Below are positions 9,624 to 18,219 of a stretch of DNA of 64,000 nt, piece by piece. Location of the stretch: assembly GCA_035495955.1 (NCBI GenBank), contig DATJFE010000070.1, forward strand, positions 29,332-93,331, in the 5' to 3' direction. The notes under the pieces are model-generated. The model saw only the letters and a program-made list of their open reading frames with translations. It was not told the origin of the DNA and searched no databases. The DNA is from Vicinamibacterales bacterium. Lineage in GTDB: Bacteria; Acidobacteriota; Vicinamibacteria; Vicinamibacterales; 2-12-FULL-66-21. Position 1 is the first letter of the stretch, and each line of letters opens with the position of its first letter. Both the position numbers and the translations under genes were made by a program.

Positions 9624-9968
9624 TCATGCCGTCCTGATCTTCGCGACGCGATTGAGCGCGGAGAAAAAGTTGTCCCACACGTCTCTCTGGCTCGCGAGCG
9701 TCCGGCGTCCGGCGGGCGTGAGCTTATAGTACCGGCGGCGCCGCTGGCCGGCGCGCTCCACCCAGCGTCCTTCGATCAGGCCGCGATCCTCGAGGCGATA
9801 GAGCGTGGGGTAGAGCGACGTGACGTGGAAGTTGATGGCGCCGTCGGAGCGCCGGGCGATCAACTGGCCGATCTCGTAGCCATGGCGCGGCCGCTCTTCG
9901 AGCAGCGCCAGGATCAACAGTTCCGCGCTGCCGCGCTTCAGCTCGCGTTCGAGCTTGCGAATGGCCAT
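9624..9968 (-). CDS. PadR-family transcriptional regulator
   Basis: 114 aa. The sequence LLILALLEERPRHGYEIGQLI...LYPTLYRLEDRGLIEGRW...RRRYYKLTPAG is a canonical PadR winged helix. Confidence 0.9.
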   Translation of the reverse strand: MAIRKLERELKRGSAELLILALLEERPRHGYEIGQLIARRSDGAINFHVTSLYPTLYRLEDRGLIEGRWVERAGQRRRRYYKLTPAGRRTLASQRDVWDNFFSALNRVAKIRTA

Positions 9969-9975
9969 ATATGGC
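9964..9975. promoter_or_regulatory. 12-bp perfect palindrome GCCATATATGGC overlapping the padR start codon (candidate autoregulatory operator)
   Basis: The palindrome is read directly. It is an AT-rich core in an otherwise GC-rich context and includes the ATG of padR (9968-9966). The function is inferred only. Confidence 0.25.
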
Positions 9976-10016
9976 TACAACAAATATCTCGCCTCATGGC
10001 CGTGTGTCAACTGGAT

Positions 10017-10044
10017 CTTGGGCCTTGGGCCTTAGGCCTTGGGC
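10017..10044. repeat. Heptanucleotide tandem repeat (CTTGGGC x4; family GGCYTTG)
   Basis: Sequence reads cttgggc cttgggc cttaggc cttgggc. The array is intergenic, 8 nt beyond the stop of the C1 peptidase gene. Confidence 0.9.
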
Positions 10045-10052
10045 GTCTCCAC

Positions 10053-10829
10053 CTATTCCACCGTCCTGATCGTCCAGAAGTCATCGCTGAGACCGGGGTC
10101 CAGCAGGTAGTCGTAGGGCATCGTGAAATAGCCGCCGCGGCCCCATGCCGGACCCCACGAATTGCGGACCAGGAACCGGCGTTCGTCGTTGTCGTAGCCG
10201 ACCGCCACGACGGCGTGGCCGCCGAGCAGCGTTTCCGCTGGTCCCGGCATCGGCATGACGCCGGTTTTCGCGACGACGCGGCTCTCGAAGCTTTCGTACA
10301 CGGAGAAGCCGAGCACGAACGGATAGCCCTCGGCAAGACACGCCTGCATCTGGTCGAGCGTACGAGGGACGCGCTGGTATAAGAGCGCCTGGTGGCGGCG
10401 GCCGTCGACATACGCCTCCGCCGAGGGCTTCTTCCGGAACCGCGCGATCACGTACGGCCACAAGGGCTCGTGTGGCGCGCCCTGCCTCGCAACGCTCTTG
10501 ATCCCGTCGCGCAGCGTCGCGCCGGAATCTTCGTCGACGGTGCCCTCGATCGTGCGCTCGTTGTAGTAGATGAAGAGCCGCGACGGAGTGAAAAGGTCCG
10601 TCTGCCGCTGCTTCGCCTGATCGAACTGCAGCGCCCCGGCGATCGCGTTGGCCGTGCAGCTCCCGAGCGCGCCCTGATCGTAGACACGCGGGCACAGCGG
10701 ACCCAGGTCGACGCGCGGCGGCAGCTCGCCGAGCAGCGACGGCCGCCCGGTGAACATCCGATCGCGGCGATCGGGCAGATCCGGAATCCATCCGTAGCGT
10801 TTGATCGTTCGTCGTCGCGGTGCGGACAT
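10053..10829 (-). CDS. Papain-like (C1 family) cysteine peptidase
   Basis: The catalytic Cys context is QGALGSCTANAIAGAL. The His/Asn context is GGHAVVAVGYDNDERRFLVRNSWGPAWGRGGYF. The ORF is open to 10856, but the start was chosen at MSAPRRR (10829). No obvious signal peptide is present. Confidence 0.8.
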   Translation of the reverse strand: MSAPRRRTIKRYGWIPDLPDRRDRMFTGRPSLLGELPPRVDLGPLCPRVYDQGALGSCTANAIAGALQFDQAKQRQTDLFTPSRLFIYYNERTIEGTVDEDSGATLRDGIKSVARQGAPHEPLWPYVIARFRKKPSAEAYVDGRRHQALLYQRVPRTLDQMQACLAEGYPFVLGFSVYESFESRVVAKTGVMPMPGPAETLLGGHAVVAVGYDNDERRFLVRNSWGPAWGRGGYFTMPYDYLLDPGLSDDFWTIRTVE

Positions 10830-10911
10830 GCACCTGAATACGCATCGACCGCGCAACAGGTTCGCGGCGCCGCGCTGCGGAGACGGGTAGGTCGTGCACG
10901 AGATCGCCGCG

Positions 10912-13383
10912 CTACGATTGTCGAAGCGCGATCATCGGATCAATCGCACTCGCGCGCCATGCCGGCAGCATCGCCGCGAGAAGCGCCACCGCACACATGG
11001 ACGCGACGGCGGCGGCGAGCACGCGCGGATCGGTTGACGAGATCCCATACAGCGCGACGCGCAGCGAGCGCAGCAGCCAGAAGCCCGCGATCAGCCCGGC
11101 AGTGCTCCCCGCGATCGCAAGCGCAAGGGCGTGGCGGAGGACGTCGACGCGCAGGTCGGCTGCGGTCGCGCCGAGCGCCATCCGCAGACCCAATTCCTGC
11201 CGCCGCGAAGCGACGGAATACGCCATGACGCCGAAGATCCCGAGCGCCGCGAGCGCGGCCGCCGACGCCGCGAAAAGCGTCGTCACCGTCGCCGTGAACC
11301 GCGCGGGCGCCACCGCGTTCGTCGCCCGCTCGTCGATGCGCTGCACGTCATAGATCGGCATCGCCGGATCGATCTCCGCGACGGCGCGCCTGATGGCGGG
11401 CACCACGGTGGCCGCGTCGTTCGCCTTCACCACATACAGCGAGGATGGATAGGTGAACTGCAGATAGGACGTATAGAAGTCCGGCCCCACGGGCTCGTTG
11501 AGCGGCCAGTATTTCACGTCAGCGACGACTCCCACGACCTCGAGCGGCGTCGAGGGACTCGTGAAGCCGGTCCCGGAGCCGAACCACACGCGCCGGCCGA
11601 TCGGATCCTCGCCGGGCCAGAACCGGCGCGCCGCCGTCTCGTTGATCACCGTGACGAATGGGCGTCCGGCCCGGTCGTCGTCCGTCAGCAGCCGTCCTTT
11701 TCTGAGCGCGACGCCGACGACGTGGAAGTAACCGGGCGATACGTAGTGACGGCCGACCACGGGCGCGTCGGAGGGCGCCGTGGGATGTTCGGGAAAGAAC
11801 GCAATCGTCCGCGCGCAGCTCGCGCCGTACGGCGTGCACCGATTGACCGCGGCTTCGAGAACGCCGGGCACGCGCTGGATGCGCTCGAGTACTCGCTGGA
11901 CGACTGCGGGACCCTCGATGTCGACGTATCGCGACGCGGGCGCGTTGATCCAGAACGCCACGGCGCTTCCGTCGAATCCGGACCGCGCGTCCTGCAGGTG
12001 CATCACGGTGGAGGCGAGCAGCAGCGCGCCGGTCAGGAGCAGGACGGCAATCGCGATCTGAGACGCGACGAGCGCCGAGAACACTCGTTCGCGGCCGCGC
12101 CCGGCGAGCGCGCGCGACGAAGCCGCGAGAGCGGCGGCGGGATCGGTGTTCGTCGACGTCCATGCCGGCGCGAGGCCGGCCGCGATCGTCGCACCGGCCG
12201 CGATCGCGGCGGCGAAGAGCAGCGAGACGGCATCAATCGCCGGCGTCGAAAAGGACGAGATCTGGCCGTAGTTGTTCTGCGCGCTCGGAATGGCCGCAGG
12301 TGCCGCCGTCCGCAGCCATGCCAGACCCCACGACGCCAGGACGACGCCAAGGGCGCCCCCGGCTCCCGCGATCACCGCGCTCTCCGCCAGCAACTGCCGA
12401 ACGAGTCGTCCGCGCGAGGCGCCGAGCGCGAGCCGGACCGCCATTTCGCCGCGCCTCGATCGCGCCCGCGTGAGCAGCAGCAGCGCGACGTTGACGCATG
12501 TAACGAGCAGCAGGCCGCCGGCGCCCGAGAGCAGCAGCGTCAGCGAACGCCGCTCGCGCGGATCGACGCGTGCGTCGCCGAGCGGCACGGCCGTCGCGCT
12601 CCAGCGTGCGGGCGGCGCGCCAGGCGGCACGATAATGGGCAGCCCGGATCCGATCGTCGCGAGCTCGGCGTTCGCCTGCTCGAGCCGCACGCCCTCGCGC
12701 AAGCGCCCGATCAGGTTGATGAAAAGCTGGGGCGTCGTCAGGTATTGGCGATAGGTGAGCGCCGGCGCCATCCCGACTGGAAACCAGAGCGCGGCGCGTC
12801 CGCTGATCCCTTCGAAGCCAGGGGGCATCACGCCGACGATCGTCAACGGCACGCCGTTGACCAGCAGCGTCCGGCCGACGGCGGCAGGATCCGATCCATA
12901 CCGGCGCTTCCAGAGGCTGTCGCTGAGGATCGCAACCGCGTGGCCGGGCGGCTCCTCGTCGGGCGTGAAGAGACGACCGACGGCCGGCGTCAGGCGCAGC
13001 GCTTCGAAGTAGCCGGCGGAGACGACTTCGCCATCGACTTGTTCCGCGGGATCTCCGGCGATGGCGATCCCGACGGTTGTGCGCGAGTACGTTCCGAGGT
13101 GCTCGAACGAGCGCGCGGAGTCGCGGACAGCGCGGGCCGCGGCAACGGACCATCGAAACATTGTCGTCCCGCCCGCCTGGGTCTGGCGCGTCGTGTGCAG
13201 ATAGACGAGGCCATCCGGGTGGTCGAATGGCAATGGGCGCAGCCATGCCGCGTAAACCGCTGAAAACGTGCCGGTCGCCGCGGCGATGCCGAACCCGAGC
13301 GTCGCGATTGACAAGGCGGCGGTGCCGGGAATCCGGCAAAGGGCACGGACGGCCTGCCGGAGCTCGTGAGGGAATGCCCGCAT
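10912..13383 (-). CDS. ADOP-type duplicated FtsX/MacB-like ABC permease
   Basis: 823 aa with the same architecture as 6825-9548 but without the N-terminal prefix. The motifs RRGEMAVRLALGA and RRQELGLRMALGA are present. No adjacent ATPase gene or PadR gene is seen. Confidence 0.85.
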   Translation of the reverse strand: MRAFPHELRQAVRALCRIPGTAALSIATLGFGIAAATGTFSAVYAAWLRPLPFDHPDGLVYLHTTRQTQAGGTTMFRWSVAAARAVRDSARSFEHLGTYSRTTVGIAIAGDPAEQVDGEVVSAGYFEALRLTPAVGRLFTPDEEPPGHAVAILSDSLWKRRYGSDPAAVGRTLLVNGVPLTIVGVMPPGFEGISGRAALWFPVGMAPALTYRQYLTTPQLFINLIGRLREGVRLEQANAELATIGSGLPIIVPPGAPPARWSATAVPLGDARVDPRERRSLTLLLSGAGGLLLVTCVNVALLLLTRARSRRGEMAVRLALGASRGRLVRQLLAESAVIAGAGGALGVVLASWGLAWLRTAAPAAIPSAQNNYGQISSFSTPAIDAVSLLFAAAIAAGATIAAGLAPAWTSTNTDPAAALAASSRALAGRGRERVFSALVASQIAIAVLLLTGALLLASTVMHLQDARSGFDGSAVAFWINAPASRYVDIEGPAVVQRVLERIQRVPGVLEAAVNRCTPYGASCARTIAFFPEHPTAPSDAPVVGRHYVSPGYFHVVGVALRKGRLLTDDDRAGRPFVTVINETAARRFWPGEDPIGRRVWFGSGTGFTSPSTPLEVVGVVADVKYWPLNEPVGPDFYTSYLQFTYPSSLYVVKANDAATVVPAIRRAVAEIDPAMPIYDVQRIDERATNAVAPARFTATVTTLFAASAAALAALGIFGVMAYSVASRRQELGLRMALGATAADLRVDVLRHALALAIAGSTAGLIAGFWLLRSLRVALYGISSTDPRVLAAAVASMCAVALLAAMLPAWRASAIDPMIALRQS

Positions 13384-13445
13384 ATGTGAAGGACGCTCCC
13401 GCGAGTCCTCCGTTAACCGCCTGGGAAAGGATATAGTCCCGCCAT

Positions 13446-13760
13446 ATGCCTGCGTTTGATTTCTGGTCGATGCTCTTCGTGTTCATGCTGGCGACGTTCG
13501 TCGGGTTTCAAGTGATCCAGAACGTCTCCCGCCTTCTGCACACCCCGCTGATGTCCCTGACGAACGCGATCTCGGCGATAGCCGTGGTCGGCTCGATCCT
13601 GATTGCCGGCGAGCGCGAGTCCGATCTCACGACGATCCTCGGCACCGTCGCCGTGGCGGCGTCGATGACGAATATCGTCAGCGGCTTTCTGATCACGGAT
13701 CGCATGCTCAAGATGTTCCGCGAGAAGCAGAGCGCGAAGACGGTCCGGAGCGCGCGATGA
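13446..13760 (+). CDS. pntAB: NAD(P) transhydrogenase subunit alpha, part 2 (membrane dII-alpha piece)
   Basis: 104 aa with three helices. LHTPLMSLTNAISAIAVVGS and NIVSGFLITDRMLKMF are typical of PntAB. Its stop overlaps the pntB start (ATGA). Confidence 0.85.
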   Translation: MPAFDFWSMLFVFMLATFVGFQVIQNVSRLLHTPLMSLTNAISAIAVVGSILIAGERESDLTTILGTVAVAASMTNIVSGFLITDRMLKMFREKQSAKTVRSAR

Positions 13761-15154
13761 ACGAGCATCTCATCCAGCTCAGCTACTTCGCCGCCGCCGT
13801 CCTCTTCATCATGTCGCTGCGGTGGCTGAACCATCCGCGCACGGCGCGCCGCGGCGTGCTCGCCGGCGTGCTCGGCATGACGATGGCGGTCGTCGGCACG
13901 CTGATGGCGCCGGAGATCGTCGACTACAAGTGGGTCGCCGCGGCGGTCGTGGTCGGGTTCGCAGTCGGGATTCCGCTGTCGTGGGTACCGCTGACGGCCG
14001 TCCCGGAACGGACCGCGCTGTCGCATGCGTTCGGCGGCCTTGCGGCCGGCCTGGTCGGCACGGCGAAATACATCATGTGGCGCCAGCAGTCGCAGTTGAC
14101 GACGTTCCGGACGTCCGCGATTGCGCTGGAGGTCATTCTGGGATTTCTGACGTTCACCGGCAGCCTCATGGCGGCCGGGAAGCTGCGCGAGATCATCCCG
14201 ACCCGGCCGATCACCTATCGCAATCAGAACCTGGTCAACCTGTCCCTGCTCGCGCTCGCCGTCGTCGCCGGCATCTATCTCGGCTTCGTCGATCACAACT
14301 ACTGGCAGGCGTACGCGGCGATCGTGGTGCTGTCGCTCATCTTCGGCGTCCTGCTGATCATCCCCATCGGCGGCGCGGACATGCCGACCGTCATCTCGCT
14401 CTTGAACTCATATGCCGGCCTGTCGGCGGTCGCGATGGGCTTCGTGCTCTCGAACAAGCTGCTGATCATCGCCGGCGCGCTCGACGGATCCTCGGGCTTC
14501 ATCCTGTCAGTCATCATGTGCAAGGCGATGAACCGGTCGTTCACGAACGTGCTGTTCGGCGCGTTCGGCCAGGTCCAGGCGAAGGCGGCGGCGGGCGAAG
14601 CGAAGACGGTCAAGAGCGCGACGCCGCAGGACGTCGCCGACATCATGACCGCCGCCGATCGCGTCGTCATCATCCCGGGCTACGGGATGGCGGTGGCGCA
14701 GGCGCAGCACCGCGTGCACGAGCTGTACGACCAGTTGACCAAGCGGGGGATCGACGTGAAGTTCGCCATCCATCCCGTCGCCGGCCGGATGCCCGGGCAC
14801 ATGAACGTCCTGCTCGCCGAGGCGGAGATCCCGTATGAGTCGCTGGTGGAGATGGACGACATCAATCCGGAGATGCCGCAGACCGACGTGTGCCTCGTCG
14901 TGGGGGCCAACGACGTCGTGAATCCGGCGGCGCGGCACGACAAGGGCAGCCCGATCTTCGGGATGCCGATCATCGACGCGGACAAGGCGAAGACGATCAT
15001 CGCGATCAAGCGCTCGATGAACCCCGGGTTCGCGGGAATCGACAACGAGCTGTACTACGACGACAAGACGCTGATGGCCTTCGGCGACGCGAAGCAGGTT
15101 CTCGGCGACGTCGTGAAGGCCGTCGCCGGCGAGGGATCGGCGACGGTGCACTGA
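13757..15154 (+). CDS. pntB: NAD(P) transhydrogenase subunit beta
   Basis: 465 aa. It has a multi-helix N-terminal half and a C-terminal dIII NADP(H) domain (VVIIPGYGMAVAQAQH...HPVAGRMPGHMNVLLAEA...GANDVVNPAA). Confidence 0.9.
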   Translation: MNEHLIQLSYFAAAVLFIMSLRWLNHPRTARRGVLAGVLGMTMAVVGTLMAPEIVDYKWVAAAVVVGFAVGIPLSWVPLTAVPERTALSHAFGGLAAGLVGTAKYIMWRQQSQLTTFRTSAIALEVILGFLTFTGSLMAAGKLREIIPTRPITYRNQNLVNLSLLALAVVAGIYLGFVDHNYWQAYAAIVVLSLIFGVLLIIPIGGADMPTVISLLNSYAGLSAVAMGFVLSNKLLIIAGALDGSSGFILSVIMCKAMNRSFTNVLFGAFGQVQAKAAAGEAKTVKSATPQDVADIMTAADRVVIIPGYGMAVAQAQHRVHELYDQLTKRGIDVKFAIHPVAGRMPGHMNVLLAEAEIPYESLVEMDDINPEMPQTDVCLVVGANDVVNPAARHDKGSPIFGMPIIDADKAKTIIAIKRSMNPGFAGIDNELYYDDKTLMAFGDAKQVLGDVVKAVAGEGSATVH

Positions 15155-15175
15155 GCGGGAGGCTGGAGGCAGGAG
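15155..15175. repeat. Heptanucleotide repeat (GCNGGAG x3) starting immediately after the pntB stop
   Basis: Sequence gcgggag gctggag gcaggag is read directly after TGA (15152-15154). Confidence 0.7.
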
Positions 15176-15316
15176 ACAACGACGACACGGCAGAGGCGGC
15201 TGCAGATTTGGCCCTCCCGGATACGATTCTGTCGTTGAGCCGCCGCTTCGGGGCCGTGGAAAATCGAAGCTTCCGGCGGATCCAGCCCTGGCATCCGTAA
15301 GGCACTGGCCCGACGC

Positions 15317-15748
15317 GTGATCAACTCGTCGCAGGATGACACCGAACCGGTTGAACCCACCCAGCCCCTGATCCTCGTCGTCGACGACTCCGTCGACACC
15401 CGCGCGATCTTCGGGGACTGCCTCGAACACGCGGGATTCCGTGTGACCACCGCCGAAGACGGCGAAGCGGCGATTGCGGCCGCCCGGGCGCATTCGCCCG
15501 CCATGATCATCATGGACCTCGCCATGCCGCGGCTGGACGGGTGGGAGGCGATGCGCCGCCTGCGCGCCGATCCCTTGACCGCAAAGATCCCTATCGTCGT
15601 CGTGAGCGCCTATGCCTTCGGCGACGAACCGGTGCAGGCGCGTGAAGCGGGCGCGGATTTGTGCCTGACCAAACCGTGCCTCCCGTCGCAGGTCGTGCGC
15701 GTCGTGCGTGCGATGCTGGTCCGTCAGCAGTTGGGGCAGACGGTTTAA
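15317..15748 (+). CDS. Stand-alone response-regulator receiver protein (CheY-like)
   Basis: 143 aa with a GTG start. It carries the DD pair (LVVDDSVD), a phospho-acceptor context (IIMDLAMPRLDG) and a conserved Lys (TKPCLP). No output domain or adjacent kinase is present. Confidence 0.8.
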   Translation: MINSSQDDTEPVEPTQPLILVVDDSVDTRAIFGDCLEHAGFRVTTAEDGEAAIAAARAHSPAMIIMDLAMPRLDGWEAMRRLRADPLTAKIPIVVVSAYAFGDEPVQAREAGADLCLTKPCLPSQVVRVVRAMLVRQQLGQTV

Positions 15749-15783
15749 AAGACGGAAGACGGAAGGCGGAAGACGGGAAACGG
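15749..15783. repeat. Heptanucleotide tandem repeat (AAGACGG x5; family AAGRCGG)
   Basis: Sequence aagacgg aagacgg aaggcgg aagacgg gaaacgg begins at the first base after the TAA stop (15746-15748). Confidence 0.9.
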
Positions 15784-15788
15784 AAAGT

Positions 15789-15938
15789 TCAAGGCGCCTT
15801 GCGCTTGGAGGCCTTCACTCGCTCCCGGCGGCCTCTAGCCGTGCTGCGACAGCTCAGAAAGATCTTGGCCAGTTCGTCCGCCTCCTTCCGGAGCGCTGCG
15901 GCAGCTTTCTCTGACGCGATGTTGGAGCGAATCAGCAT
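15789..15938 (-). CDS. Possible 49-aa basic protein (hypothetical)
   Basis: ATG-to-TGA ORF encoding MLIRSNIASEKAAAALRKEADELAKIFLSCRSTARGRRERVKASKRKAP. It lies in the 290-bp gap between two convergent genes and is bracketed by inverted heptamer arrays. No clear SD was seen and no homology was recognised. Confidence 0.25.
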   Translation of the reverse strand: MLIRSNIASEKAAAALRKEADELAKIFLSCRSTARGRRERVKASKRKAP

Positions 15939-16007
15939 GCAGCTTCGACGCGCGTCAAGCAGCGTCGGAGCCGGCCTCTTTTCTTCTCCTTCGTACTTGT
16001 GCCCGAA

Positions 16008-16035
16008 CTTCCGCCTTCCGTCTTCCGCCTTCCGT
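16008..16035. repeat. Heptanucleotide tandem repeat (CTTCCGY x4, the reverse complement of family AAGRCGG)
   Basis: Sequence reads cttccgc cttccgt cttccgc cttccgt. The array ends 3 nt from the stop of the minus-strand ctaG-like gene (16039-16041). Confidence 0.9.
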
Positions 16036-16038
16036 CTT

Positions 16039-17265
16039 TCAGCGAAGCGTATACAAGTACGCAGTGATGTCGCGCGCGTCCTCGTCCGTGACTCCCATTT
16101 CGGGCATCGCGTTCTTCGGATCGATCTTCTGCGGATGCTGGATCCACTGCTCCATGTTGTCCGGCGTGTTGATCAGGTGGCCGCCGAGATACTGACGGAC
16201 AGCGATGTTGGAAAGCGGTGGACCGACGACGGCGGTGGCCCCCGCAATGCCGGGGATGGTGTGGCACGCCGCGCAGCCGTACTTCCCGATGGCGGTTTTG
16301 CCGGCCGCGACGCGGCCGCCGGTGAGGGTTTCCGCGTCGCGTTCGACTGCCGAGCGGCACGCGCAGGACCCGAGCGCGAGGACCAGCACGACCAGCGGCA
16401 GCAGGCGCGACGCGGCGTCGGCGGCGCCGAGGCGGACGCGGCGTTCGGCTTCGCCGAGCCACGCCGCGCACAGCGCCAGGCCCAGGACGATGAACACGAC
16501 GCTCGCGGGGACCCACATAATGACGCCGGCGAGCTGCTGATCGGCCGCCGCCGCGGCGTATGCGGACTGGCCGGCCGCGGAGTACGCGGACTGCGCGGAC
16601 TTGACGTAATGGGGGTACCACACGGACGGCGCGACGGTCAGCAGGGCGCCGAGCGCGCTCGTGTGGACCCCGGTCAAAAACACGTAGAGCACGCCAAGAC
16701 CATATCCGAGCCGGCCGTAGCGTCCGTGGACCATCGCCCACCAGAAGATCGATCCGGCGAAAACGAAGGACAGGTGCTGAAGCGCGTGTATCGCTTCGTT
16801 GCCGAGCGCAGCTTCGTACCACGAGGGGATGTGCCATATCCAGAGTGCCGCGGCCTGGATCAGGAATGCGGCCAGCGGTGCCGTGGCGGCGTGCCATGCC
16901 CGGACCATGGGCGGCCGGCGGAACATCCGCGCGACCCGTTCGCGGTCTGCGTCGCCGAACGCCCAGATCCAGGCGAGGCCCGGATGTCCGAACGTCAGGA
17001 GCGGCGCCGCGACGAGCATCAGCAGCGTGTGCTGCGTCATATGAATAGAGAGCCGGCTCTCGGCGGCCGACGCGATCGGCGACAGCAGAGCGACGGCCAG
17101 GGCGATCCAGCCCGCCGCGAACGATCCCGCCGCCCAGGAAGCGATGCCCCGTCCGATTCCCGCGCGTCGCCATAGTCGGGCAACGCCGACGGCATAGAGT
17201 CCCCCCGCGAGCGCGAGCGGAATGACGACGAGCGGCTCGAATTCCCAGCGGCTCAGCGAGGGCAT
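16039..17265 (-). CDS. Caa3-type cytochrome oxidase assembly factor CtaG-like membrane protein fused to a C-terminal cytochrome c domain
   Basis: The start was chosen at MPSLSRWEFEPL (17265), although the ORF is open to 17556. The N-terminal multi-helix part (SIHMTQHTLLMLVAAPLL...HALQHLSFVFAGSIFWW) resembles PF09678-type CtaG. The C-terminus has CAACH followed by a Met-containing class-I cytochrome c fold. Confidence 0.75.
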   Translation of the reverse strand: MPSLSRWEFEPLVVIPLALAGGLYAVGVARLWRRAGIGRGIASWAAGSFAAGWIALAVALLSPIASAAESRLSIHMTQHTLLMLVAAPLLTFGHPGLAWIWAFGDADRERVARMFRRPPMVRAWHAATAPLAAFLIQAAALWIWHIPSWYEAALGNEAIHALQHLSFVFAGSIFWWAMVHGRYGRLGYGLGVLYVFLTGVHTSALGALLTVAPSVWYPHYVKSAQSAYSAAGQSAYAAAAADQQLAGVIMWVPASVVFIVLGLALCAAWLGEAERRVRLGAADAASRLLPLVVLVLALGSCACRSAVERDAETLTGGRVAAGKTAIGKYGCAACHTIPGIAGATAVVGPPLSNIAVRQYLGGHLINTPDNMEQWIQHPQKIDPKNAMPEMGVTDEDARDITAYLYTLR

Positions 17266-17645
17266 GGGTGGAGCACCAGCACGGGAATCTCGGCCGCCAG
17301 GACAGCGATCGCGAAGAAGCCGCAGAGCGCCAGACCGCCGATCGCCATGAAACGCGCCCGGATCAGTGCGGTTTCGCGCGCCTCGAACGTCGCCGTGTCT
17401 TCGCTTGCCGCGGCCGGCGCCGCGCGCCACGCGCCCAGGGCCGCCAGCGCGATCAGGAGGAGCGCGGCCGCCGTGGCCACGTGCAGCATCCATGTGTGGC
17501 GGCTCTCGCAGGCGACGTACGAAAGGACGTAGTTCGTCTCGAGCAGCGCCGCCCACACGACCGGTCCCGCCAGCACGCCGATCCAGAGCGCCGCGAGTCG
17601 CGGCCCCCAGTCAAGAGATCCGCGGTCCAAAGTAGATGACGGCAT
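17253..17645 (-). CDS. Small integral membrane protein in the cox operon (hypothetical)
   Basis: About 130 aa from MPSSTLDRG with 3-4 hydrophobic helices. It overlaps the coxIII 3' end and the ctaG-like 5' end. The exact start is uncertain. Confidence 0.5.
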   Translation of the reverse strand: MPSSTLDRGSLDWGPRLAALWIGVLAGPVVWAALLETNYVLSYVACESRHTWMLHVATAAALLLIALAALGAWRAAPAAASEDTATFEARETALIRARFMAIGGLALCGFFAIAVLAAEIPVLVLHPCPR

Positions 17646-18219
17646 AGATGGGCAGCCATGTGAACACGACGAAATACCAGTAGAGCGCATTCTCCGACAC
17701 GTCCACGAAGCGGCGTTCGTTGAGATCGGTTCCGACGAAGATCAGCACCGCGAGGACCAGCGAATCGAGAAAGTCGGTGACGACGTGGACGGTGTGCAGG
17801 CCGAGGAGGACCCAGACGACCGAGCCGTACGCGTTGGCGTCCCAGCGCACGTTCAGCGCGCCGAATTCGAGGAACCGCACGACGTTGAATCCGACGGCGA
17901 ACAGCAGGCACACGGCCAGCCAGAGTTTGACGGCCGCGAGGTCGAATCGCTCGGCGGCCTTCTTCGTGAGCGCATTGGGCACGCACGACGCCAGCAGGAT
18001 GATCGTATTGAGCGTCCCCCAGAAGAGCTGCGGCGAGGGTCCGGTCGGCGGCCAGTGCGGGACGCGTCCCTTCAGGTAGAGGTAGCTGACGATCACGATC
18101 GCGAAGACCGAGCCTTCGATGATCATCATGCTCGCCGTCGCCCACCAGAGCAGGCTGCGGTGGCCGAACCCGTATTCCGGGATATCGGAGACGTCGAGCG
18201 CGACACGCGACGACGCCAT
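17611..18219 (-). CDS. ctaE: Cytochrome c oxidase subunit III
   Basis: 202 aa starting at MASSRVALDV. The motifs LHTVHVVTD and YWYFVVFTWLPIY are typical of subunit III. The start overlaps the subunit I stop (ATGA at 18217-18221). Only the C-terminal part of the 827-aa track ORF is the real gene. Confidence 0.85.
   Translation of the reverse strand: MASSRVALDVSDIPEYGFGHRSLLWWATASMMIIEGSVFAIVIVSYLYLKGRVPHWPPTGPSPQLFWGTLNTIILLASCVPNALTKKAAERFDLAAVKLWLAVCLLFAVGFNVVRFLEFGALNVRWDANAYGSVVWVLLGLHTVHVVTDFLDSLVLAVLIFVGTDLNERRFVDVSENALYWYFVVFTWLPIYAVIYFGPRIS

Noticed and set aside
15932-17173. 413-aa minus-strand ORF and 504-aa plus-strand ORF (15661-17175) over the ctaG-like region
   Set aside because: Both are Arg/Gly/Pro-rich shadow frames. 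The frame giving the CtaG-like helices and the CAACH motif (16039-17265) is clearly the coding one.
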